Made by a program: the position numbers and the translations under genes. DNA of 64,000 bases, from positions 3,534,001-3,598,000 of the forward strand of contig JBHGNT010000005.1 of NCBI GenBank assembly GCA_043228905.1, in the 5' to 3' direction. The notes under the pieces are model-generated. The model worked only from the letters and a program-made list of their open reading frames with translations, was not told where the DNA came from and ran no database searches. Of the stretch, positions 25,801-36,878 are shown piece after piece (the stretch's first letter is position 1; each line of letters begins with the position of its first letter). This DNA comes from Azolla caroliniana. Lineage: Eukaryota; Plantae; Polypodiophyta.

Positions 25801-26545
25801 AAAGGTTTATTGTAAAATCTATGCTCAAAGCATTGAAATATCTCCAACATTGTATTCTCTCTCGTAAAATGCCAACCTACATCATCTTATATTCAATATA
25901 TATTTCTCGCATACCCGAGAGTTGGATAGTGTCTTTAAAAGCTCAAAGTGATTCATTTTTTTAAACATTCTTACATCATTTCATCATTTGCCATGATTTT
26001 TCATCCAGTTGGATTCTATCCATTTCTTCCCTTTTGCCTTGATAATATTATCTTAGGTGCCAGATAGTTAGGGGTCTCTCATATTGTTCTTTTGTTTGGC
26101 CAGCATTATATTTTGTGAAGCTGTTGCAATCTATGGAGTCATTGTAGCAATTATTCTTCAAACAAGATTGCAATCTGTAGAGCAGACAACAACAGCAGAC
26201 TCTATGCGAGGAGGATATGCAATCTTTGCTTCTGGACTTATCGTTGGATTTGCCAATTTGGCATGCGGGTAAAATGGGCATCAACTATCTGATTTAAATA
26301 TCAATGCCATTTTTCTTCTTTCATTAAAATATGTTTTAGCCAGCCTAATTTATCTTGTATTTTCTCTTGATATTAGAATATGTGTTGGTATAATTGGGAG
26401 CAGTTGTGCCCTCTCAGATGCCCAGAATTCCACGCTTTTTGTGAAGATATTGGTTATAGAAATCTTTGGAAGCGCATTAGGTTTATTTGGAGTGATTGTT
26501 GGCATTATAATGTCTTCACAAGTGACCTGGACAACATCATCATGA
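22868..26545 (+). CDS. VHA-c'': V-type proton ATPase proteolipid subunit c'' (ATP6V0B/Vma16 family), 4 exons
   Basis: Exons 22868-22968, 23505-23582, 26104-26268 and 26377-26545 give [71 protein letters not shown]...[54 protein letters not shown]. Confidence 0.95.
24690..24870. repeat. ~95 bp tandem duplication in VHA-c'' intron 2
   Basis: aaccaga.aactttcatt.g.atgttcac.atgtcatta.ccatgt...gacttgt...ataagtcattttgaaggcaac occurs twice. Confidence 0.8.
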
Positions 26546-28399
26546 TATAGGACATTATGTGGCTCACCTCCAAAATAGCAAGCTGGTTGAATTCAATGTT
26601 TCATTGCGAGTGGAAGCCTCTTGGCTTTATATATGTAGATTACTTATTTTTGTTTGTGTATCAAAAAAGCAGAAGGTTTCTGATCCTACTAAAACCATTG
26701 CTTTAGGGATGAGGTCCCCACAGTCATTGATGTTGTGATATAAAATGTTTGTGCTGTCATTACAAAGTGAGTTGATATCATTGTATCATGGATGGTATGA
26801 TTTAGAATGTTTGTTCTGTCTTTACAAAGTGAGTTGATATCATTGTTTGAGATAGATGAGAGTGAAAAACAATGACTAATTAATACAGTATAATGGCTGA
26901 CATTTTGAAGGCCATATATCTGAATTGGTATGATAGAAAGTTCTTAAGAAATGGGCGTCTTTTCCCAATGTTTATTTTCACCAGATTTTAAAAGCATTGA
27001 TGTGGATCAATATGAAGTGGAGTAGATATTATATATATCAAAAGTCATGATGCTCGATGGTTATGTTATTTGTCAACAATTTTAGCATATAAAGCTAAAC
27101 GACCACACGTGGACCTGAACTTGCTGTGCACCAACTTGAAATAGAGTTAAAATCTTCTTACAAACTATATTAAGCAAGCAAAGCAATGATATATAATAAA
27201 AACATGTGATGCAATGATGGAAATAAATGATCAAACCTTACATTCCTACTAAGGATATCCATTCTAATAGATTGTTTACAAACCTCTTATATTTTCAAGA
27301 AAATTTCATACATTGCTTATTAGCACAATTCTTGGAGTTTATTTGTTTGCCACGCTTCTTATGGTGTTATGTATGTAATGTGCATCAATTTTTGCTTCTT
27401 TTAAGCCAATTGTTTGAAGCAAATTTCAAACATTGCTTATAATTTGACACTATGCTTGGCGTTTTTTGTTGTTTTGCCACCCTTCTTATGGTGTTATGTA
27501 TATATAGTGCATCAAATGTCGTTTCTTTTAAACCAAGCCATAGAAGGCTCTTATTGTTTTGCCAATCTAGTCCAAGCAAACACTTGTTCTTCAGTTGTGC
27601 ATATGATGGGTAATGTTTGGGATCATGTAGATTTCATGTCAACTATAAATTGAAATGCTTACATGTCCCAATAATTGAATACCAATCAAATCACAATAAT
27701 ACGTTATAAAGGTATCTATTTCAAAATCCCCTCAAAAGATTTCATATATGAGATTTTGTTGAAAACGCATTAATATCTTCAGATAATTTCAGCACTACCA
27801 ATATTTAATAGAACCTTGTTGAACCTACTTAAAAGCCTCTTCTTCTTATTCTCCCTTTGACACTCCGTAGTGGAGAAATGTCGGCCCCAATTTGGAATGT
27901 GGGAGATGCTTCATATGGCTCATTATTCATGTTTTACCCCCTATCAAATGCTGGCTATCTGAAGCATAACCTATTGACAATTTACATGTGGAAACATATC
28001 TTGACGTGGCACATATGCAAGATTTGTGCCAAAAAACGAGTCTCAATGACCACAAACTGATTCGATATATAGCCCAAACATTAGCCCTCACTTGCTCAAA
28101 TGTCAAAATGTCAAAAATTTTAATACGAATTATAAATAGAAATTTAACATTATCGTAACAAAATATCTATTACAAGATGCATATAACACAAGGACTGAAA
28201 TACCACAAGGGCTCAAATGCTCCAATATTTGATAATTGTAATAATGTTTTCCCTATAATCAAATATTCTCCAACACTAAGTTCTAAAAGAGATGTTTAAT
28301 GACTTTTGGAGCTTGTGAGGATTGATAATAAAATAGTTTCCACCACAACAAGTTCCAAAGAGTCTGAACTTAATAAGGATGACTTGCTATCTATGTCAC

Positions 28400-28915
28400 C
28401 GAATGAATTTGTATCTAAAGGATGCACCAATACCACCTTCACAATTGCCACCTTCACATAAGCCATCACGTTAAAAAAAAGTTTCATGACAACTAACACT
28501 TACAATTGATACCAAAGAATTGAGTTTGTCATGACAACTTTCAAAAACGAGAAATGGTTAGTTAGTATCACATCTCAAAACACATCAATTGTTTCACACA
28601 GAATTAAATGTAAAAAGATAGGTTTGTACCTCCAAAGAGAAGAACTTAGAAAGGATTAACTTGGTATCTATGTCAAAGAATGAATTTGCCATAACTTCAA
28701 CCAAAAGGATGCACCATTACCACCTTCACATAAGCCATCACGTTCAAAAAGAATCCATACCAAGGAATTGAGTCTGTCATGACTCAATTAATAACTTTCA
28801 AAAGCTATTAGTTAGTATCACCTCTCAAACACATCAATTGTTTGAGAATTAAAACGTAAAAGTTAAGTGTCACCTTTCGAACACATCAATTGTTTCAAAG
28901 AGAATTAAAATTCCA
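28400..28915. repeat. Diverged direct repeats downstream of the metallothionein gene
   Basis: ggatgcacca.taccaccttcac...taagccatcacgtt.aaaa...gaattgagt.tgtcatgac...ttagttagtatcac.tctcaaa.cacatcaattgttt present twice, plus a partial third copy. Confidence 0.7.
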
Positions 28916-29284
28916 ATTAGTTAATAATTTTATGCTATCCACCACCACACAAAGGTGCCTTCCAACAACCAAATAACCATCATAAATAAATAAACATTTA
29001 ACACCACAAACTTTTGAGCTAAAACTGTTCACAATACTACAAAATCATCGAAACACAAATTTATTACATATCCTTCAAAATAACTGTAATTCAAGCCACT
29101 CATTGGTAGCACAAGGCGTAAAAGTAGGTTTTTGTTGCGTACGTCGCACCATCAAAACCTTCTATATAAAAGTGCTTTACAATATCTCTTACCTTCACAA
29201 ACCCCTTAGCTCCTATATTTAGAAACCCCAATCTTCTCATCCAAGGACTCCCTAATATTTCAAAACCATCCTTTCTTTCATGCC

Positions 29285-30141
29285 TTATATAGTAGTTACG
29301 GATGCCCTTGTACACTGGCAAGCTTCGCATGAACAATTTTGCCCACACTTACAATAGGAGACACCCCTTGTTGCATCGCTAACTTTGCTACATTTGCAAA
29401 TCTCACAACTGCAATTTTCACCACATTTGCAATATGGTGTCACTGCTGGTGCTCCACTACACCAAACACATAGAGCTTCAAAACCAATACAATCTTACTA
29501 ATAAGATAATACTAACCATGTTCTATCGAACCATGTTTTATCTAAACAATTTCAAACACAAATCACAATCTTTACAAGACTTGGTATTGCTAAACTAAGT
29601 TACGTTCAAAAGTGACCACAAAATCCAATATATATCAAGAAATTGATAAATGATTACCATCACACTTAAAAGATATAGCCTGTTATTTAACATTTCGTAT
29701 ACAAATTTCAGCCTAAGGATCAAAGAGTGAATATTAAAAGCAATTGTGTGATGTGAATCAACAATTAACAAACAAACAATGCACTAAAACACAAAATTGC
29801 AAACTATAGACGTACTCCCGCTCCAACATAAAAAAGATCTTAAGCACACCCAAAATGCCACATCACATGACGGAAAATGCAATAACCATACAACAATCCA
29901 CAACGGGATAATTGAAAAATAAGCATCATACAAACAATTTTCATTAAAGACAAACATAACAGACAATAATTTTTAAGCAAAATGTATTATATCCAAGAAA
30001 GAGTTGAGCATATGCATGTAAAAATGCAAAGAAAGTCAATCACCACCTAGAAGATTCAGAAGAACCACAGATACAACCGCTACCACAAGGGCAGGGAGAG
30101 GTGCATCCACAAGAGGAACCACAGCTACACGTACTCGCCAT
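29285..30141 (-). CDS. Metallothionein, type 4/Ec-like with three Cys domains (88 aa, 20 Cys), 2 exons
   Basis: Exon 1 30141-30047 (AG|gtggtg) and exon 2 29456-29285 (ggtgtag|T) give MASTCSCGSSCGCTSPCPCGSGCICGSSESSSGAPAVTPYCKCGENCSCEICKCSKVSDATRGVSYCKCGQNCSCEACQCTRASVTTI*. The phase-2 junction is in frame, and a TATATA box lies ~100 bp upstream of the ATG. Confidence 0.9.
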
Positions 30142-30164
30142 CTCTCTCTATTTCTATTTCTATT

Positions 30165-30200
<36 letters not shown>

Positions 30201-32570
30201 TCACACACACTAACTAAAGAAGGTCGGCCCACAATACATATATAGAATGGTTTTTTTAGTAATCGCCTATAAAAAGAGATGACACTTGGCCCCCATGCAT
30301 ACATCCTCATCTTCTAACTTTCAACACTTCTCTCTAGGACTCTACTAATAATAGTTCCCCGAAAGGCTTCATAGAATAAGTCATCCCCACAACGTCCCAT
30401 CATGTGTTGCACCCATTGGGTCTAACCTTTTGCAGAAACATACCATGTTCCAAGTATCACAAGTCATTCTTTCCACTACTTCAAGTATAACGATATCATT
30501 GAACAACAATGCATGCAACTGAAAGTATGATCATAAAAATATGAACAATCACAGATTTTTGCCGAATGATGATCATAGAAATATGAACAATCACAATAAC
30601 CATTATAAGGAGTTTTTCGTTGTCAACAAGTCAGATCCAAAAGCCCATGCCCAACTTCACACACATATGCTCACATATTGACACTACTAACTAAGCTGAA
30701 TATTGACATGAAAAAGACAATATGCAGCCTTTTCTTCGCCGACATACTAGAAGCCTATAATAACATAACACTTTGGAATGCCTAGCACGTAACCTATGCT
30801 TCACCAACGTACTAAGGTTTGGGTTGCAATTCCTCCCAAAAAATCAAATACTTAATTGACTTTACCAATCTTACAAATTTTATTTTTCTTCGGCATGGTA
30901 GGATTATCTCATACAATGCCTTCTTGTTGCCCCACTTGAGCCTCAAGCATTTACATAAATCATCATGTAATTTTGGAACTGACAAGAAAGATCTTAAACT
31001 CTACTCGTTGGTTGGCTTTTCAGATCTTGGTTTTCCAATCATATGCCTCGGGGCATCTTTGCATTTATTGGTCTAAGTTTGAAGAAGCTAGGAAAGATTA
31101 GGAACATTACCCCTGGTTGGCTCACACAACCTCAACCTCAACCACCTTCATACTTACCCTCATAAGTTAGTTGAAGACAAGAAATTTCTTCAACCTCAAT
31201 CTTGGACACCTAATTATTTCCATAAAAGTACCCCTAGGAACACGTTTTTTCCCCTTCTCTTTATCTATGTCCTTACCCCTTTCCCCCACCTTAATTTTTT
31301 TCCTTTCTCAATCAAATTGTGGCTACCTCCTTAGACCTACCATTATTTATAGCTTGGTTGTCTTCTGAGCTCTCATAGTCACCACTAAGCTTTACAAGAC
31401 CTCCAAGATAGTCATTTCAATACTCGTGGCAAACTAGCATATCTTCCTCCAATCCTTTGCTACCTATACTCCAGACCATGTGCCTCAATTTTCCACAATA
31501 GGAGCTCAGAAGTGTCTCGTTTTGATCATGGATTAGTTTTTATTTGTTGGACAACGTTGTTTAGACTCTTAGGTTATAAAGAAAAATGTTTGTGGTCTGG
31601 TTCATGAAATGATTTTCATAATTCCCCATATTTGGGGAGAAAGGTTGTCTTGGTGTAATGCATGACTGTTTGGTAAAAAATTGCCATCATACCTTGTTTT
31701 GTTCATAGATTTGGAAAGATGTGTAAAATCGAAAAGGTAGCGAATTACATGGAAGCCATTGTTGTTGAATCACTTCATCAACACTAAATAACATGATCCT
31801 TTCCATGCGTCGTGTTGTTGCTATTGGTTTTGATGCTTCAAATGCTCTATGTAGTAGTCTTTGAGGTAGTATCATTTAATGACTTCAATAAAGAATGTGG
31901 CACCATATGGGGTGTTACCAATTCAATATTGATGATCTCAAGTGAAGCAATTATTTTCTATGTATCATCCATCACAATATCGTGACTTGTAGACGTATTT
32001 GTGTCTATGTGTACGTGGGGTACCTTAGAGCCCATATGGTTGCAATACACCAAAGGGCTAAGCGTAACAATGCTGTCAAATGTAATACCATGGTACAAGG
32101 CGTTTGGAAGTGTGCGGTGGAAACTAGAGTGAATGAGCCTTGTCCACTTGAGACACTAGGATATGCCCATTTGTGCTTTGAATCCTCCATATAGGGTGAA
32201 CCCACAAGAATGTGGATGATCATGACCTTGGTATTTGCTTGGTTTGATGTGTTTTCTTCCATGGAAAAAACCATCTAGGGCTTTGAGATGATATTCTAAA
32301 CTGCACAAGATTGATAAACCAAGATTACATCAATGAAAAGAAGTGAGTTCTCTCTACTGTTTCAATTTAACAAGGACAACTTGATAAAAATTAGGTTTGC
32401 AAAAAGTGATATACTTCCTTGAAATAAAATGAATGGATTTCCAAACTCAACTCCATAAGACTCATGTGCAATGTAAACTGCCTATAATTCCATCTTTAAT
32501 TTCATAATAGCTTTTATAACAAGTTTAATTATACAATATTAGCATCTAAAATCTATCATGTTTGTGATTG

Positions 32571-33167
32571 GCACAAAATTATCATCAATTGTATCCTTAT
32601 AACTCGTTCAACATTCACACGGATCTAGATGTACAATTTCATAATTGACTGACTGTAAAGATGTTAGAAGGTCGAAGAAAGAGAGGATCTGAGAGAGATT
32701 TCCATGGGAAATTATTTGAGACTATACTGAAACCTCCAAATTGTGAGCAAATTCTACATTATTTTGCCCAATGCTAAATGCCTTTATTTTTCACCTTCTT
32801 AATGTGTGACCACAGTCTACCTGCTATTCCTTCTCAAATACCTGGTATAAAGACCATGCTATTGCACAAAATTATCATCAGTTGTATCCTTATAACTCGT
32901 TCAACATTCACACGGATCTAGATGTACAATTTGGTAATTGACTGACTGTAAAGACGTTAGAAGGTCGAAGAAAGAGAGGATCTAAGAGAGATTTCCATGC
33001 GAAAATATTTGAGACTATACTGATACCTCCAAATTGTGAGCAAATTCTAGATTATTTTGCCCAATGCTAAATGCCTTTATTTTTCACCTTCTTAATGTGT
33101 ACAGTGTGACGACAGTCTACCTGCTATTCCTTCTCAAATACATGGTGTAAAGACCATGCTATTGCAT
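32571..33167. repeat. ~293 bp near-identical tandem duplication
   Basis: gcacaaaattatcatca.ttgtatccttataactcgttcaacattcacacggatctagatg...agaccatgctattgca begins at 32571 and again at 32864. Confidence 0.95.
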
Positions 33168-34294
33168 TGAGAGTTCTATCTTCATAGTTGATGAAGATGC
33201 CTTTTAATGCCATAATTTCAAGAAATGCCCATTCCATCTTTCACACAGCCAGATTCAAGAAATCTCCATTCCAGCACATTGTAGGAGAAACTTTGTTTCA
33301 GACGATTGAGAACTTATTATGAAAATAACAGTATTTTTTTCTCTTCACCATACCGCAGAAAACTAATCAATTTCATTTTTGCTTGAAACATGAAGATCTT
33401 GCACCTTTCCTTCTCTAAGACAAAAATCAAGAACTCTCCATGACAGCACATTGTGGGAATGGCATGTTTTAGACCACTGAGAGCATATCAACGGTTTGTT
33501 GATCCATAAATATAAAATATAACACTTGTTTCTCTTTGCCATAAATTGTAAATGCACAGCATTGTCAAGCTTTTGTTAGAAATATAAACATACTGCACCT
33601 TTCCTTCTATAAAACATTTATAAATTGAAGCTTTCCATACCAGCACATGGTAGGAATGACTTTATTTTAGACCATTGAGATCCTATTTAGGGTTTGATGA
33701 TCAGAGAATATACAGAATTAAATTCTTTGTCTTCACCGTGAATTGTAAAACCATTACAAGGCCTACATTTCTTTTCTAATATAAACATATCGCATCTCTC
33801 CTTGCCGATCCATACAAATACAGAACACCCGCCCTTTTCCCCCATCACAACATTGCAAACCAATAACAAAGTGGCCCTTTCTTTCTTTAAGGACCTGATG
33901 AGCCTTTCTCTTGCACACTTAAACCATAAAAAGCCTCCCTTTGCTTCAAGAACGTTTCTCGATAAAAAGATACTGCAGCCTTCCTTTCTTTCATAGCCTA
34001 TTGATCCATAAAAAACGGCAGACTGCAACTCTTTCTTCCTCACCTATAATGATACAAAGCCATGATGCGGTCGGCCCTTTTACATTCAGGATTGATTTCA
34101 ACATGAAGAGCAATTCCGACAGCAATTTCAGAAGACGGAGAGAGCACTTACCGATTCTCTGAGAGGAGGGAGAATAGGCGGGGTAGAAAGTGTGCAAGGT
34201 GAGCCATGGCATAACCGAGGATGAGGCCTGCGATGAGAAGCCTTATACCACCAAGAGGTAACCCTCCTTTCTTCTGTCTCGCTCCTCCTGCCAT
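32817..34294 (-). CDS. Candidate 55-aa single-pass membrane microprotein, 2 exons
   Basis: Exon 1 34294-34152 has a good start context (gctATGGCA) and a canonical CG|gtaagt donor. An acceptor ttataccag|G at 32841 gives MAGGARQKKGGLPLGGIRLLIAGLILGYAMAHLAHFLPRLFSLLSENRYLRRNSR*. No homolog recognised. Confidence 0.45.
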
Positions 34295-34497
34295 AGCTCC
34301 CTTACCTCTAATCTAAACCTAGACCTCGTCAAAAACAGAATAGACAGTAGAGATAGCTAGGAAGCTAAGCTCTTGTTATATGATGCCCATTGTCGAGGGC
34401 TACATTTACAATTTCGGAAAACCTTGGTGGAGAGATCAAACTATCTCATTGTCACTAGTAACTACCACCACACTTGATAAACATATGTCAACGTTAC

Positions 34498-34532
34498 TAA
34501 CAATGGGCATGGTTCGGCTCGGTTTCATTGCC
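34498..34532. mobile_element. Tiny remnant of the hAT MITE family
   Basis: taacaatgggcatggttcggctcggtttc matches the MITE terminus tagcaatgggcatg.ttcggctc. Confidence 0.5.
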
Positions 34533-35054
34533 TTGAACATATGACACTTGATAAACATATGTCACTTGTAAGGTTACGTTAGACAAACATGCTTTCTCAT
34601 ATTAACTCATATCCTCATGTTTTTGTTTGTTTCGTTAGAAATACCAAGACCAAGAAACAAGGAGCAGAAGAGTGGAAGAGTGGAAGAAAATTGCCCCAAT
34701 GTCGTTCATTCGGTGAATGAAACGGGAAGGTAGTTTTCCTTTTTGAGGTTTTGGTAGGGATCAGGAAGACTCGAGGATTGAGAGCATGAGAAGTTTTAAA
34801 TGAGGGGTCAACGTGAGCATGGAGTATAGAGAGAGGGGGAGGAGCCCCAATAAATTCATTTTGTCATGTATCTGTATAAACAATAAGGCAACTCTATTAG
34901 CAATGCTTTGGACAAGGATATGAGAGTTTGGCGATGAAGCATATGACGTGCAAGGCTCAAGTCCATCCGTCTAAAACATGGCTTATCCACATGCAAATGA
35001 TGTGAAGCATGAAGATGCTTTTGTGAATGATAAATCTACCCTTGTGGGCTTAGG

Positions 35055-35558
35055 TGTTGAGAAGCAAGCTCAACATGGTATGTGATGCTTATGAGAAATA
35101 AGCTATAGTAGCTATTTAGCTACTAGTGAACAAAAAGGTAAAACAGCTATTTAGCTATGGACAGCTAATTAGCGACTGAACAGCTATTTAGCTAGTGACA
35201 GCTAATTAGCTAGTGAACAGCTATTTAGCGACTGACAGCTAATTAGCTACTGGCAGCTAATTAGCTGCATGTGTAATAACTTATGACTTAGGTAAAAGTA
35301 AGTGAGAGTGAATAGGAAGTAGTAGTAAGAGAAAAAACAGAGAATAGTGAGTAGAGAACTCTGAGAGAGAGTGAGAGACCAGAAGACTGACGAGAGCAAG
35401 TTGAGCTCTACATGTAATAGAAGAAAACCATTTTGCTACTACAGAGGTAAGTCCCCTTTCCTTTCTCTGTCTGTTTAGAGCACGCTAACGATCCAGCACA
35501 CTACGATCCGCCGCGCACATAAGAAGAGCTCGAGTGCCTTCTTCACGTTTTCTTAACA
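35055..35558. mobile_element. Solo LTR (504 bp, probably Ty1/copia) with 5-bp TSD
   Basis: Starts TGTTGAGAAG and ends TTTCTTAACA (inverted termini). Identical TTAGG at 35050-35054 and 35559-35563. Contains an internal ~18-bp minisatellite. Confidence 0.88.
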
Positions 35559-36878
35559 TTAGGCAATAGGATTGTTCAATGTGGACTATTTATTGTGACC
35601 ATCACAATAGGATAAATATGGATATAATGTACAAACCATGCTTGAGTCACAAAAGCGTAATCATGCAAGGGATTGAGGAATGGTCTGATCTATGGGCCAT
35701 AGGTAAGTAATGTACTCACAAATGATAGATTTCGAAATCTTACAAATGATAGTCAAGCACCAAATACAAAATTTTGTCAATACACAAATAACGAACAAAA
35801 AATCCAACTCATCATTGATCACATAGGTATTAGGGGGAGCACATATCCTCGAGAAAGAGTTTCTTGTTTCGGATGTTGCTCTAAAGTAACCTCAGGGAGA
35901 GTGGAAATGTAGCCAAGGAGTGTTTCACGATATGAACTAATATAGTAGTTAAAGAATATTGAAGAGGTAAGGTAGATGCAAAAATTTCAAAGATAAAGTA
36001 TCCCTAATGGTGAAAATGTGGGCAGAAGAGGGTGTGGATGAAATAAGTGTCAACTCATCATTCAGCACACACTTATTCGTAAACACATTTTAAACATGGT
36101 TTCTAGTCATGCTTTGAAGGAGCCTAAGCTTTCAAATTATTATGAAGGCGAGGCCTAGCAATATCATATTCCAACCACCTTGACTGTCATCATTCTTCAA
36201 TCCATTTGGTCTTCAAATAGCTTTCCATTCGCGTTTTTGCCATTCTTCATCCATCCATTCTTGAAATAACTTTGCCCGTAATTATTATCTTTTAGCTTCC
36301 ACAGGAAACCCAATAGAATATATTGGTCGGGTCAAGCTCATGGCAATGATTGAACTTGAATTAACTCGATTTTATGACTCGTGATCCAACGGTGTAAAGC
36401 ATAGAGCTAACAGCTAGACAGTTAATGGCCTTCACCCAAAAGATGGTACATGAAAAGCCACGAAACCTTATCATGTCATTTACGCCTCAAGTTCACGATC
36501 TTTACCAAGCCTGCCTATTCTCACCATTGCCAAGGATAGAGATATTGTGAGGGCTCATTCATTTGATCCTGGGTGCCTTTTCTCCAATGCTTACTTTGGT
36601 AGTCAAAAGACAAAATCAGATACTCGAGCTGACTTCATCTACTTATTTATAACATTCTTCCATAGTGATGCTGGTAATAGTAGTTGGATTTCAATCAGCA
36701 TTAACTAAAGGAATCACATTACTATGACTGAAATTACCATGCTCCATTCCAGCTCCTCATCCACACATTGCTGCTCCATTCCCAGGAGTTTGGTCACCGC
36801 CTCCTGCCATGAGTGTTTGTATGAATAATTCAGACATTCATACGCATGATTAGAAATTAATCCCGCATAACCCCTTTC

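Noticed and set aside
35103-35268. Regularly spaced palindromic repeats superficially like a CRISPR array
   Set aside because: No unique spacers, eukaryotic context, and inside a solo LTR; it is a minisatellite.
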